A DNA stretch of 61,051 bases, filler included, from Sphacelaria rigidula (GCA_964200075.2; 9 parts of 9 records of this genome joined end to end with filler, not necessarily neighbours in it); one strand, 5' to 3'; shown: positions 1 to 13,590, counted from the whole stretch's first letter. The notes: a model not told the origin generated them from the letters alone. Numbers and translations are program-made.

Positions 1-2044
1 CTCACTTAAAGCGAATGATCAAAGCCACTCTCAATCGTATCATCTACTCTCAATCTTACGAAACACTGTTCTATGCGATATGCGGATCATGGCCCAACTC
101 GCCTGTGTCGATGAGATATTGTTTCGAAGGCTTAATTAACCCCAGGATGTGGGAGGATGTGATGAGTTGGATTTTAATGCCAGAATGTTGAATGTTGCTC
201 CGACTGTCGTACGGGGAAAAACTAGCAATGAATCATCACCAACTCATCCACCGGTGCGGAGTGACACGAGATGAGGAATCCGCACACAACCGCCACGTTG
301 CAATCCATCACGATACAGTGTAGATCAACAGGACCTGCCACGTATGTCTGCACAGCAAAATTATTTCATTAAAGCACTTCATCAAAGCCTGAATGAAGTG
401 TATGACGTGTCAGGCTCATGCTAGCTAGGTGGGTACGCTAATGAAAGCCACGTCCTTCCTACCACAGGGTATGACTCTAGCTGCTAGAGTCATACCCTTT
501 GCTTCCTATTGATATAAGTTACACTGTATGCCTTTATGATGTACAGACAGTACTGTACTGCGATTCCGTAGTTGTTCAATGGGTTATCATGAACCACACC
601 CGCATGCACGCATCACATGACCTACCTGTACGAGAATCTAGCTAACAAACCCCTCCTGTGCTGATTATTTCGTTTGTGTGCTCGTCCGTTAGAAAAAGGA
701 CGCCCCAGGACGGAATAAGTTGTTCTTCGCGTTCCACGCACTACTCGACCGTGTTGCCTCTCTATCGACCGCAAAAATACCACCTTGTAGGTTGAGCAAC
801 GAACGGCAGCACAACAACCTTGGTCTCCAAAGGACAGGTCGACTGTACTACACGTGGCGTCTCTGAAATATGAAATATGCAGATAAACGGTTGGGTGCTA
901 GCCACCCTAGACGCCCGCGCAAATCCTTCGGGGATCGTAGAGATACGGGTCAGCAAACAGAGTTATAGACACACAGACACAACGTATGAGATCATTACAG
1001 TCACACCGCTCCTGGTGGATAGCACGGCAGCACCCTGTACTGGGATACTCCTGTAGAAACGCGGTTGTTGAGTTGACAAAAAATATCTCGTTACCCAACA
1101 AGTTGGAAAATAACGTCAACAAAAGCGATTGAGGTTTCTGACAGTTGGTCCATCGCACAAGTACGTCAGCTTGTGAGGGTCAATTTGCAACTTACATGTA
1201 GACCCAATCATCTATTGTCATTTATACCGCACGTTCGTCAGTCGGCTTGCATATTTTTCTGGACTTCAATCAATTTTTTTCTGCACTTCAATGAAAATGG
1301 CAACCCATATAGATGGTCGGTTCTCAGCGCGCGTCCGATGTTTTTACAGAGGGCGGCGAAGGCCCACATAATGCTACTATTAGCTTCAAACCGCAAATGC
1401 TAACTCAGCTTTTGTGGCCTACGTTCCTTGGAGCTAGGGGCGTCCGCAGGGCAAGGGGTGCGCGTCGACTCCAACTCGCCAAGAGAACAGTCGGGGAGGA
1501 AAAAGGAAAACGAAAATTGCGAAGGCCCGAGAAAAAAAAAAGGTTGATGAAACGGCACGTGCGCACAAGTACGTTTTGGCCGTTCCCCTGTGCAGACGTG
1601 TGCACGGTAACTTGAACCCCAGGAAGGTAACAGTGTTCAAAGCTGACTCAATCACATAATCTCAGTTACCGGGTATATTGTACCGAGTCATCCTTGACAG
1701 AATAACCACCGAGAGATACTACATAGAGATGCCCTCTTACTGCGAAATTCCTCGAAGAGAAGGGTTGTTGGATCGAATACATGTCCTCCCTGTCCCACGG
1801 ATACTATCCGGCGATCCCAACGTCCGCGCTGAACCATTATAATGATGGTATCATAGAGTACAAACCTTGCGTACATTTCTGGGCGAAAAATGGTCGTTAT
1901 CGATACTTGATCGAGTAACGACCAGCCGGTAGGAAATACGTACTCGGAAACACACATAGTCTTCTTGCTCCTTGTCCTTCACCTCCGCCATCCAAACGTC
2001 CTTCATGCCTAGACTACAGCTGATAAGAAGAGAACAAGTATAAC

Positions 2045-2098
2045 ATGTCGAGCACGGTTCCGGTACCACCGGCTATGTCGAGGAAGGGAAAATGGACG
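2045..2098 (+). CDS. Probable first exon of a stramenopile Myb-like (RKGKWT...CDPMRITKK) protein
   Basis: ATG at 2045 (in-frame TAA upstream at 2024) reads MSSTVPVPPAMSRKGKWT, then a GTGAGT donor at 2099. Joins in phase 0 to the exon at 2578 to give RKGKWT-SEEEA. Confidence 0.8.
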
Positions 2099-2577
2099 GT
2101 GAGTTGTAGTGCAATATCTCTATTCACCTGGGGGGGGGGGGGACTGGGCAAACAGCGGCAGCAAGATGGATTGCCCGGTTGTTGCGTACGCCATGAAAAG
2201 TAAGAGAGTCATTGGGTTGCGTCTTACAGCGACGAATATCGGAGGAGGAAAGGACGGGGACACCAGCGAGCAAAAGCAGCGGCAATCGAGAGAGATGATG
2301 TCGCTTGGGGATTATTGAGGGAAGGTTGGCCCGGAGGAGCTGGGCTCAACCAAGCGAATGCTTATGTTTGTCTGGCGTCTGAACGTACATAATGGTAGCT
2401 AACATTTTTTTATCCTCGTTGGAACGTCGTCGGTGTTACTTTTTTGACGGGGGCGATGCGCACGACATTCGGTCGAGAAGATGTCGACCTCATGGCAACA
2501 CGTACTTCATTTTCATGTCAACCAATATTCCAAAAACTACCCCGTTGCCCAATCCCTCTCTACCGCGCCCTCAACAG

Positions 2578-2883
2578 AGTGAAGAAGAAGCCTTGACAGC
2601 TAAGATAATACACTACTTCAGTTTGGGCGTACTACAGTTGCCAGAAGGCATAACGCTGCGGGCGTACCTTGCGCAAAAGTTGGACTGCGACCCTATGCGG
2701 ATCACTAAGAAATTCACTGGTACCAACTGCCTCGGGAAGCGGGTTTACCACAGCTGTGAAAGGACCACAGCTACGTACGAGGTCGCTAAGAAAGCCATGG
2801 GGGAGCTTGCGGAACTGGAGGAAAGATTTCGAGCACGACTGGAGCGAAATAGAGAAAAACGCACGGGGATTCTAGACATTGAG
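2578..2883 (+). CDS. Exon 2 of the stramenopile Myb-like conserved-domain protein
   Basis: CAACAG acceptor and GTATGT donor at 2884. Encodes SEEEALTAKIIHYFSLGVLQLPEGITLRAYLAQKLDCDPMRITKKFTGTNCLGKRVY..ELAELEERFRARLE, a motif set recalled from diatom, oomycete and brown algal hypothetical proteins. Downstream exons were not identified. Confidence 0.85.
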
Positions 2884-5627
2884 GTATGTGTTTCATGAAG
2901 TATGTGTTTCGCTCTTCATCAAGTCTATCCAGGACGGTAATATAGTATATGGATTTCTTGGAGCTTTAATTTGAACTGTTTGTGTGAGCAACCGGGCCGG
3001 GTATTGTTGATCTGTAACCATCACAGTCGTCGCCATTGCATGGCACGGGTACGTGCACGATTACTAGCAACCGAAGAGCTTGGTACAAAGGGGGTCATAT
3101 TACATCCTAACAGCGCCAACATTTCTGTCGCGATTAGCGCACAACTGTAGGGCGCCGCGAGGAATTATGCTCTAGAAGAGCGGCAGCGGTTGTGGCGGAA
3201 ACAAAAAGAGGGTTCGATCTACTTGAAAAATTATGGAGAGGATGATGCCTGCACCAAAGTGGAACGACAACATGGTCGGTCTTGCCACGCAAGTATGCCA
3301 GCATTAGTGCTAGGAGAGCACCGACAGTGTAGTGCTGTTGCTCTTCTTACTATATAGACTGAGACTGAACCTTGCTGCCTTGATCCATCTGTTTTGTATG
3401 GTGGTCAGGTGATTGTTCCTCAGTTGCTGTACATAGAGAAAGTGCAAACTCAACAGCCCGCGAAAAAAGTATCCGGAGGTTTTTCGTTCATACAACCTTC
3501 ACTAAGGGGAAGGCGTTCAGCAATGAGTGAGGCATATTCTACGCTTGTTCTGTAGTCGAGTAGTTTTTGGGGCATCTGCGTGGAGTCAATCGTTTATCCA
3601 TCCATGATGTGGCGATCAGCTTGTTGTTGACGTTGAAGGCCACTCCTGTTGGGTCTGGTCGCGACTTCAGAACATTGCGGAGTAAAATAAAAATATATTC
3701 ACTTGCAGGGGGTGATAGCTTACGTACGCGTGCGTACTTCATTCTTCCGAAGGTCTACTCGTAATCGAACACGTACTTCATGTCCTCGATGTCCTGCAGT
3801 GCTGGCGGTGCCAAACTGTAGACACAACAATAGTCCAGTCAGCAGTTGATGTTGCATTGCTTCAGACCCTTCGTTGATATCCCGAACAACGGAAACAAAG
3901 AAGGCAGCTGCTGTTGCGCTTGATACTATTTTTTCTGCCCTGTGGTATCAATCCCCTATGCCCGCAGAGGACGGCTGTAGAGTAGTCGCTTTGCCTACGG
4001 AAGGAAGTTGAAGCACAAGAGCGCGAGAGTTGACGTGTTCGCTGACGACATATGGAATCACGTTAGAGGGTTGCTCACCGCTTGGTCGTACCACGAATGG
4101 TTGACAAAGCGTTCTCGGAAATTCATGATTTCAAATTAACCGTAACCCTAACCCCTACTAAGGCATACGAGCACCATCGGCCACGGGGTGCGCGAAGGTT
4201 GTTACAGGCAAAGTGTTTGTTGGTAGACCTCAAATCGGTGCTCGGACAAAAATACATTCTGGGCAAGCTAGGACCACTTGCTACTGTCTACCACTCTAAA
4301 TATCCGAAATATCGGCGGTTATTTTAAAATCAAGTAATCAGCCACTCGTACGACCAAAAGGATGAGCTCTACCGATAATTTTCGACTGTCTATTCGCCTT
4401 CCGGGCTCGAGCAGAACAACTAGCAGATTGAACGTGGAATTTACAATGTGAGCATAGGCGTCAAGGCAGATCGATAGACACTCGCCATCATTTTACTGAC
4501 TGTCTGTACCTGCCCGGTACGTCTACAGGCTTGGCTGCTTCCCTTTCAGTACACAGTGGTGGTCGGCAGTAGTTGCTGCTGGCGGAGAGTTCATAACTGT
4601 ACTTTCACTTACCACACTGTTTATAAGATAAACCGAGTTCAGCGTGTGTCGCACGCAAGCCTTGGCCGGTGATTGCGCTGATTGGTAAACCAATGTTTCG
4701 ACTTCAAGATTCATGTAATGTCATGGCGTCCTGAACTTTCAGTTTCAGTTGAATATGGACACTTCGTAGCTCTAGTATAGTACAGACTACAGACAGTACA
4801 TATGCTGTCTGTATGTAGTACAGGGAGTAACGTTCAGTCCGCACGCTCCCCGTCTTCGTCGGCCGGCATCTCTTATATGTCGCAGGACTGTTCCCCACAT
4901 CCGTCTATGGCTCACTCAGTCAATGCCCCCACCTCTAACCGCCGCCGACAAACCCTTGTTTAACTGGGTGTTTCTGTTGACCTGCTGCAATCATGTCGTG
5001 TACGCTACAAGTACAGCCGTAAAGTACACTTATCCCCTTTGCTGATTTATGATCTCCTTATCGACTGATCGTCGTTTCGAAGTTTCGAATGAAACGACAC
5101 CTTATTACAGGTGACGTTTTATTCGTTGTCTCATATATTTATGCGGACTCGTAATCATTGTCCATCTTCAATTATGACTTTTTCGTGCGTGAGATGCCTA
5201 GTATACTGTATATTCGTACAAATGGCTGTCCCTCTAGAGGTAGGTACAAGGATATAGCCCGGCATTTTTTATCGCTATGGTTGGCGATCTTGGTCCCCGA
5301 GTTTGGCTCCCTTCCCGTGTGGCGTCGCGCGGTTACTGGACCAATGGACTTTGCCTCCAGTAACCAGAATGGTCGCATAAGGAATTGGAACTTGAGAGAT
5401 TGGCAGGATTTTTTTCCCTTTTTCTTTTTCTTAATTATTATTATTGTTTATTCTTTTGCTTCTTTTGTTGTATCGCGCCTGTGTGAATTTTTCTGGGTTC
5501 GGTTCTATCTTTTTATTCCTTCAACCCTTTTTGGGGGTAGTTAACCTGTGACAACGGAAGGCGTCCGCATCAGATGCCCAGTACAGAGTACTACGCAGAT
5601 ATCGGGGCGGCTTTTTATGTGAAATCA

Positions 5628-5630
5628 AAC

Positions 5631-5662
<32 letters not shown>

Positions 5663-5669
5663 CAACAAC
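5628..5669. repeat. (CAC)n(CAA)n compound microsatellite
   Basis: Direct reading. Confidence 0.9.
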
Positions 5670-5799
5670 TAGCGCGCTGTTGGGATTAAGAGTTTTGGCA
5701 ATACGCTCTATTTTTCACTTATATGGCACTCGAGACTCGAGATAATCATGCGCCCTTCCATAGACGCGTGAAAACCGTCTTAAAATCTCCATACTGCCC

Positions 5800-6343
5800 A
5801 GTATGTCTCCGCTGGATACACGGTAAGGAACAACCGTCAGCTTGATTGACTCTCTCCGCTGAACACAGTCTACTGCATGCTGCTGATCTCTCTGCTTAGT
5901 GCTTCACAGCAACACTGCAGAGAGTGTGAAGCTATGCTAGCAACACATGAGGGTTCAGGCGGGCAGCATAGACTACGAGCAGAGAAAAACGCACGTTATA
6001 TTTGTATTCACGTAATTTATGGTTGAAGTGTCGTGAATAAAATGAGAAATATTACCAGACAGCGAAGGAGTCCACCTTTAATTCACCTGAGGAGGAACAA
6101 AGTGACCATTTTCATTGGTCAGAGTGGTCACTCCGCTCCTCTCGGGTTTTTATTCGTGGCTTATAATATCCCGTGGGAAACTTTTAAACACACATGGCTG
6201 ACTTGGTGAGCTTTTCCGCTTTTCTGCGCAGAGAGACCCCCACCCCCCTGTCAACCCCCCCCGCCCCGTGGAAACCTTCGGATGACCCTGGACTGTCAGC
6301 CTGTGAAACTGTTCCGAGGCGACGCTCGTTGACTAAGGGTTAA
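5800..6343 (+). mobile_element. Non-autonomous piggyBac-like element, right end (..AAGGG-TTAA)
   Basis: Alignable to 59420-59958 and, inverted, to 60382-60760. Ends CTGTGAAACTGTTCCGAGGCGACGCTCG..AAGGG followed by TTAA. Left boundary is approximate. Confidence 0.6.
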
Positions 6344-6695
6344 GCGTTAACGAGACGAAGAAAAAGGGGCGGCGGGGGGGGAGAGAGAACGCACGGTGAC
6401 TAATGAGAATGGTTTTGTCGGTTTTCGTGTGTGATTGTGTTCGTCCTTCTGATCGATTGAGGACTGATGCTCCATTTTCATCTCCCCCGGAATCATTCTC
6501 AGGGCGTGTCTTCGCACGTTGTTTTTTAACAAAAATGTGCGGTGGAAAACGAAAAGTCAGATATGACAGGTCGTTATTTCGACTATCGTCATTCATGTTG
6601 AAATCAAGACGTATTTGATTGGAATTTTTCAAGGGTCGGACAAATAATGATTCGTCTGGAAATTACTTGGTTTTAGTATTATGAGTCGACTCGTG

Positions 6696-6795
6696 NNNNN
6701 NNNNNNNNNNNNNNNNNNNNNNNNNNNNNNNNNNNNNNNTTAATTAATTAANNNNNNNNNNNNNNNNNNNNNNNNNNNNNNNNNNNNNNNNNNNN
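6696..6795. other. Artificial contig linker N44-TTAATTAATTAA-N44 (also at 13491-13590, 20286-20385, 27081-27180, 33876-33975, 40670-40769, 47464-47563, 54258-54357)
   Basis: Eight identical 100-nt spacers with a six-frame stop core separate nine contigs of 6695/6694 bp. Confidence 0.98.
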
Positions 6796-7738
6796 TCGGC
6801 CCCCCCCGGGGGGCTGGGGGTTTTTTTTTCCTTTCCACCCCCCCCCCCCCCCCCCCCCTTTTTCCCCCGGGGGGGGGGGGGGGGGGGGGGGCACTTTGGC
6901 TAGGGCTTCGCCCTCGCGTGGTTGTGGCGTTGCCATGAAGACATTATTACCAGTACCTGTTAGACCCCAGGGGAAGTCCGGAAATAACGGGTTGTTTTCT
7001 TGAAAAGAACTCGTTCAATGTAACAGGTGTAAAGGGTTCGAGCAAGGAAATTTCGATTCTGAACAGGGGAACATGTACTTACGATACCCCTGAATACTGT
7101 TCTACACATTTAATTCCGAGCGATGTTCACCAAATACCCCCACAGTTGTCTCAAATCCCATCTGGGGATGACGGTGCCAGTGCTTTCCGTCGCTGCATCA
7201 GGTCCCGTTTGGGACCGTCAGAAAGGATATTCAAACTACAGCTGCCGCGGCTTTTAAATTCAAAAGAAACGGCTCGATTTGTTTAAGCACGTTGCACTAC
7301 AACAGTAGTGTTGTTCAACGGCTCCACCGCGAAACCGGTTCTCAACACAACCAGGGCGGAGGTGGCCATACAAGGTGTGATAGCTGGTTCAGACTAGATG
7401 AAGCGCCTCGCATGGGCACTACGGGCGAAACAACCCCAGACGTCGGACTAACCCTTACCCCCATTGTGTGTGTGTCTGCAGCTCTATCGTGGGGCACCCA
7501 TTTGATCCAACTGACCACTGTACTGTGGTGATGCTGTGCTGTGGTGGTGGTGGTATATCTCAGCAGACTGCTGAATGACGCTGCGTTTCAAAGGTCATTG
7601 GCGTCTGCCGCCGCATTGGATCGTTTCGCTGACAGCGGTCGTCGCCAGCGCAACAGTATGAAGTCTCTCTCAGATACACAACAAGAGGCGCTGGAAAAAC
7701 CGATGACTAGTCCAAAGAAGTATGTTTTCAGCATGCTT

Positions 7739-8106
7739 CGTTACGTGTTCCGCGGCGCTTTGACGCAAGGGTTGCTCGATAGATACGACACGATAAATGA
7801 GGGCGGCTTTTCGATTGGACTGCACACCATCATGCTTTCGCTGAAGTGCAGGAACTTCTCGGTCAGGGGCACATGGTCGAAACCGCTTGCGAGTCCCGAG
7901 CCTTTTGAACAAAGTCAATGAGATTTCGACGGTCCGTTGAACCTCAATAAAACGTTGAACCTCAAAAACGAATCCAGGCCATTTCTACTCAAATTTTGAG
8001 TAGGTTGAGTATTGTAGAGTAGTCCACCTACAGTATACATGCGACACGAAGGTATGCGGTGGATCCTAGATTGATTGGTTGGAGGATGACTATTGGATAC
8101 GTAACA
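7739..8106 (+). repeat. Candidate 5' LTR of the Gypsy element
   Basis: Starts CGTTACGTGTTCC and ends GGATACGTAACA (imperfect inverted termini, TG changed to CG). Contains AATAAA and lies about 285 bp upstream of gag. No 3' LTR is on the contig to confirm it. Confidence 0.45.
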
Positions 8107-8390
8107 TCTCGTGTTCGTGAGGAAGGCTCATGAAGCTTACTTCCGGTTCAATGAAGACAGCTGTTTGTAAAACTGCTCTGTCTTGGAGTCTCTGAAGCCC
8201 TGCTGGGGAGAAAGCCTTGCAGCAAGCACTTAGACCTTGTTCGGATTCCAGGCAAGTCTAAAGTAAACGTTCACTCACGAAACTTGTGGTTTCTGAACGG
8301 CGCTGTTGAACCCTAAAAAACGCGAGGACGCTCGTTGAATATCACGGGTGTAGATACGACGGAGCACGGAGTGCAGGAAGCGCTTGAAAG

Positions 8391-11300
8391 ATGGGGCGAA
8401 CGAAAGTGAGCAAGGAGTCTAACTCTGACAAGGAGGGGGACAACGAAGAGGTGAAGTTCAATGTGACGGATTTGATTGCGGGGGGATCGCTCAAGGCGCC
8501 TGAGTATGACCGCTTGCTCAGTGAGCAAGCATCGCGACGGTTTCTGCAGAAATATCAGGAATACGAAGAGACTGTTCTGCGACAAAACAAGACTCGAACT
8601 GTAAAGAGCGCACTATTGACCATGGAGGAGCTAGTGCCTTGGCATGTACAAGATTGTTCGTCGGACACTATTTTTGATGGCACTGAATTCTCTAACGCCC
8701 GGATTAGGGAAGGGACCGCACGGCATGCGAAATGCTGGGTAGGAATGGAAATGGATTCAACTGAGGCCGCAGCCGGTGTAAAGAAGGCACTTGCTGCACG
8801 ATCCGATTGAACGGCCATGCGTCGAGTGGAAGGACAGTGGAGTGCCTTGCAAGAATATTCCAAGGAGAATGAGGGTGCAGAGCGTGCTTTCCGCGAAATG
8901 GGCCGTACCTATAAACCAGGCCCGGCACACATCATCACTAGAGCCATGATTGCCGGCCTGACTCCTCCGGAATTCAAAACTAAAGTCCAAAACGAAGAGC
9001 AAATGACGGGGGGGTGGAAAGAGCAACGGAGCTTGTATATGATGTCACTCGTGAGGTGGCGGAACTGTGGCGAACTGTCGAGGAGGTTGATAAGCAGCGC
9101 CAATCCGCTCCACAGCTCAAGAACAAGGAGGCGGCTTCGCAAGGACAGAAGAAACTGCTGACGGTAGCTAGCGCCGCAGCGGCGACTGTGGTATCAGGTG
9201 ATGGCGGATCGAAATCCAGAAAATCTCGCAGGCCTGGCCCTGATTACGCAGGATGTTTCGAGTGTGGGGACAAAGGTCATTTTAGGAAAGACTGGAAGAG
9301 GGAAAACAAGCCTGCAGCTACCGGACGTGGAGATGGTGGACACTTACAGCCGCGGTAACAATAACAGCAAACGGCGCAAGCACCGCGGGGCGGGAGCCAG
9401 GGTCCTACCCCTACCCGGGCTGTTTTTCCAGGGGACGGTCGTCAAGGGGGCACCAACGGTGCTGATAGTACGTTGCAGCCCGAGCCGACTGTTCTGGCTT
9501 CTACAGTTCAGCCTCCGCCGTCGACAGAACAGTTCAGCAGTGGACATCGGCGGCAGTGCCGGCGTGGCGGGGCTTACACACTGCTTCCGAGGTGGCAGAG
9601 TTGGAGGCCGAGGGTTTGGACGTGGAAAACAGGCAGCAATGCTGCCGAGCTGATTTATCTGTCCCAGGTTCCGCTGTACAGACAGTCTGTCCGGTCAAGG
9701 CTGTGTTAGACTCGGGAGCTGGAATAACCATTATGTGTGAACGGGTGGCGACCCAGTTGGAACATGCGTTTCCTGGAGTGTCAATTGCCACATCAATCGC
9801 GCGTGGACACCCGGTAAGACTGGCTGACGGTAACGTAAAAACCATGCACTCGAAAACGTATCTGGTTCGTACGGCACTCCACACGAGTTGGGGGCTGATG
9901 GTGCTTGAGCCCTGACGGTATGCGATTATGTCCGGCGCTGATGATGTGATTAATATCGGGAGCAAAACTCTGGTGACAATCGGCATCAATATCTACAATG
10001 ATCTGGGCGCATGCGCGCAAGCAGAACACCCTTCTTTGCGGGGTATCGAGACGCCTGAGTTCCGCAAGTGCAAACGTGTGAGTCTCGCGGTGGAGGAGCT
10101 CCAGGAGACCACCGGTCACGAGGGACCGGTGGATTCATCTGTCGGGCGATTGGTGTCACGGGGTCCGGATATGTTTATGCTACCAGAGCAAGAAGAACTT
10201 GTTGAGCGCAAAGTGGCGCTGGAGGAGGCGGTGCAAGCTGCGGCGGATACTGGCATGTCGGAGAACGGGGTGAGCAAGCTACGATAAATTGTCGGCCGTC
10301 GGACCAGTGATATTCGACGAGGGTCGCGAGGTGACCCGCCTGCTCGCGTGGAGCCTTTGCAGGTACGATTCAAACCGGGGGCTAAAGCAGTCAAGGCGAG
10401 CCCGAGAACATACTCTCCAGTGAAAAAGAGCTGGTTAGCAGGGTGCATGGCTACGCTGGTGATGCTGGGGTTGATATTCCGCAATATCCAGGCGGGGTGG
10501 GCAAGGGCAGCTATCATCCGGTGAGTGATTACAGAGCAGTCAACAGGTAGCTCGAAAAGGTTCCCAGTGTTATGCCGAATCATGATACGGAAATGGCCAA
10601 TTCGTTGGGTGCATCGTGTTTCGGGAAGCTTGACATGCTACAGGGGTACTGGCAGATGCCGCTAGCGGCTGAAGCCCAGGAATTTTTCACCATTGCGACT
10701 CCCGACGGACTTTTTACCCCCACGAGGGTGCCGCAAGGCGTGCCCAACGCTACTGAATATTTTCAACAGATAATGATGGGACTGTTGACTGGACTCGACT
10801 GCAAGATATGGGTTGACGATATTTTGTGGTGGGGGAAAGATGAGGGTGACTTGCTGGGCACGCTGGATGCGATTTTGGGCCGATTGGAGGACGTTGGTCT
10901 GTTTGCTGCTGCGCACAAGTGCATGTTTCATGATACGCAGATCACGTGGTGTGGGAAGTGTTTTTCAGGTGGACAGGTTACTCATGATCGCGACCGACTG
11001 ACCGGATTAGCCAACATGCGTCGCCCACGTACGTCGGGTGAGCTGATGCAGTTTTTACAGGCTGTCAATTGGCTGCGAACATCTCTACCGCGTTTGGCAG
11101 AAACGGTGGAGCCGCTGTGTGAGTTGTTGGAGGAACATCTGCAGGGAAACGTCCGCCGTACTAAGCGAGTGACGTCCAACCGTATAATCGTATAATCGAA
11201 GATTCGGCGAGGACATTTCAGCGGGGTCAGGCGTGGCATGCTGCGCAAGCTTTGATGGCGCAGTCTGTCGCTTTGTCGTATCCGAAGGAGGGGTGTGAAG

Positions 11301-13358
11301 TGCTGATGTTTCCAGATGCATCGGATCTAGATTGGGGTAGTTTTTTGACGCAGGTGCCGGCCGCTGAGTTGGATGGGCCGCTGGCGGTGGAAAACATGAG
11401 TCACGAGCCGATGGGGTTTCTCAGTGGGGCTTTTCGTGGGGCACAAGTTCGATTGGCTACGGTGGATAAGGAAGGCTACGCCATTGTGAGTTCATTCCGA
11501 AGGTTGGAGTATTTGCTGTGGGGAGGACTGCATACATTCACTGACCATCGTAATTTGGCATACATTGTTATTCCTGAGGCGTGCGTGGCATCGTTGTCTG
11601 AGACTGCTGCCTAGAGACTCGAGCAATGGAATGCTCGGGCAGTATGATTACACTATCAGGCATATTTTTGGGGAACGCAACTGCTGGGGAGACTTGCTGT
11701 CAAGGTGGGTGAATATTCCGGCGGTGTCTGTTCGTGCTCTGGCCGTATTCGCGAGTGGTGAGTCGGATGACACACTGACGTCGAAGGACGACATTCGAGC
11801 AGCTCAAGAGCAGGCTCGCGCAGGGTTCGGGGTGATGCTTGATGGAGCTACCTCGTTTACTGCCGCTATTGGGCGCATTTCGAAAGACGGTGAGGACTTG
11901 TTTCGCGTGCACGTCGCAGATAAGCACGTGTTGTGGATCCTGCCGCAAGTAAAATAATTGCAAACACGTTTGATGGTGTGTGCCCACATGAAGGGGGCAG
12001 GCCACCGCGGGGTTGTGGCCACATTGCAACGATTACAGGAATACTGCTGTTGGTACCAGATGGAAGCTCACGTTACCGATTTCGTGAAAAAATGCTTACA
12101 CTGCATGGATTCGAAAGCTGGGGAGATGGTCCCGCGACCGCTAGGGGAGACTGCTTATGATACACGGCCCGGTGAGGTGATGCACTTTGATTATCTCTAC
12201 GTTGGTGAGAGTGGTCTCTTGAAGCAGATTGGATGAAGGCGATGGATACAAGTACATTTTAGTGATGATGAAAGATCTGAGCAATTTCGTGTGGTTGGAA
12301 CCCGCGGAATCTTGCACTGCTGCCTCGACGGTGCAGCATTTGTTGACGTGGTGCAAATCTTTGGGTTCACCGGAGGTTTGGGTTAGTGATACCGCGTCGC
12401 ATTTCAAACCTCGTGTGATGCGAGCGCTGGAAAATGCGCTAAAACTGGACAGGAGGTTCACGATCACCAACTCGCCGTGGTTCAACGGGATGTGTGAACA
12501 GATGGTGAGAGAAGTTGTCCGTATTCTGAAGACAATGCTTCAAGAGGAGCGGCGCGATGTTCTTGACTGGGTGGGACGGGTGTGTGCGGTGCAGTGGGCG
12601 TTGAATACGGCATTCCGCGAGCGAAATTCCAGTGCCCCCTACCATGTAATGTTAAGACGCGCGCGGCGCACGAGTTTTTGACACAGACCTCGTCGACCGG
12701 CGGTGAATGGCTACTTGATGTGCTGGACGAAGACAGGCTGCGGCAGAAGGTGGCGTCAGTTGTTGAGACGCAACAAGAGCTGCATAAGGAGGTGGCGCAG
12801 CGCGTGGAAAAGATCTGTGAGCTACAGCGACGTGTTGCCCGTAGGGGATAGTTACCTAATTTTATGGTTGGTGACTATATGTTGGCGGCGAGAGTTAGGC
12901 GTTCCGGCACAACGCCGAAACTCATCAGTACGTGGACAGGACCGTGGAGAATCGTGGCATCGAAGCATCAGCATGTATACGAGATCCAGAATATCGTCCA
13001 CGGAGAGGTGAAGGACGCGCATGTCGCCCGTCTACGGTACTACGCTGACAAGGAACTGGAGGTCACCGCGGATGTGAAGGAAGTGTTCCAGTATGCGTTT
13101 GCTCAAGGAGAGTTCGAAATGGAGGCGATCGTGGACTTGTCCGAGGCTCAAGACGGTGATGGGTTCGTTGTACACGTGGAATGGGTAGGTTTCGGCAAGG
13201 ACGAGAGCTCGTGGAAGGCACTGGAGACCCTTTTGGAAGGAGCCCCGCAGTTTGTACGTTATGAAGTGCGTACGTTGCGACTAAAAAAGCAGGTATACGG
13301 GCGCGTTTGCTGGCTAAGTATGGTCTCCTGCTCTGATTGGTTGGGTTTCAAGCTGTGA
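8391..13358 (+). mobile_element. Degenerate Ty3/Gypsy LTR retrotransposon with chromodomain (gag-PR-RT-RH-IN-CHD)
   Basis: Zinc knuckle CFECGDKGHFRKDW; protease VLDSGAG; RT LDMLQGYWQ..PQG..WVDD; RNase H FPDASD..TDHRNL; integrase H-x5-H..CLHC, HFDY..SDTASHF..NGMCE, WTGPW; chromodomain FEMEAIVD..VEWVGFGKDESSW. Multiple stops and frameshifts are present. Confidence 0.95.
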
Positions 13359-13590
13359 TTGGTTTTTGGCGTCGTTCGTGGATTCTACTATGCAATTTGG
13401 TGTCCGTTGAGTATACCGCTATTCCTTGGCTCAGGCACAGGATAATGGTTTGAGATATTTTATTGAAGAGCACCCAAGTTCTACTGTAAGNNNNNNNNNN
13501 NNNNNNNNNNNNNNNNNNNNNNNNNNNNNNNNNNTTAATTAATTAANNNNNNNNNNNNNNNNNNNNNNNNNNNNNNNNNNNNNNNNNNNN

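Noticed and set aside
6740..6751. Periodic TTAATTAATTAA motif every ~6.8 kb
   Set aside because: It is an assembly linker embedded in Ns, not biological sequence. ORFs containing X runs are artefacts.
6800..6892. Long C and G runs as a G-quadruplex or hairpin element
   Set aside because: They sit at a contig edge and look like low-quality homopolymer sequence.
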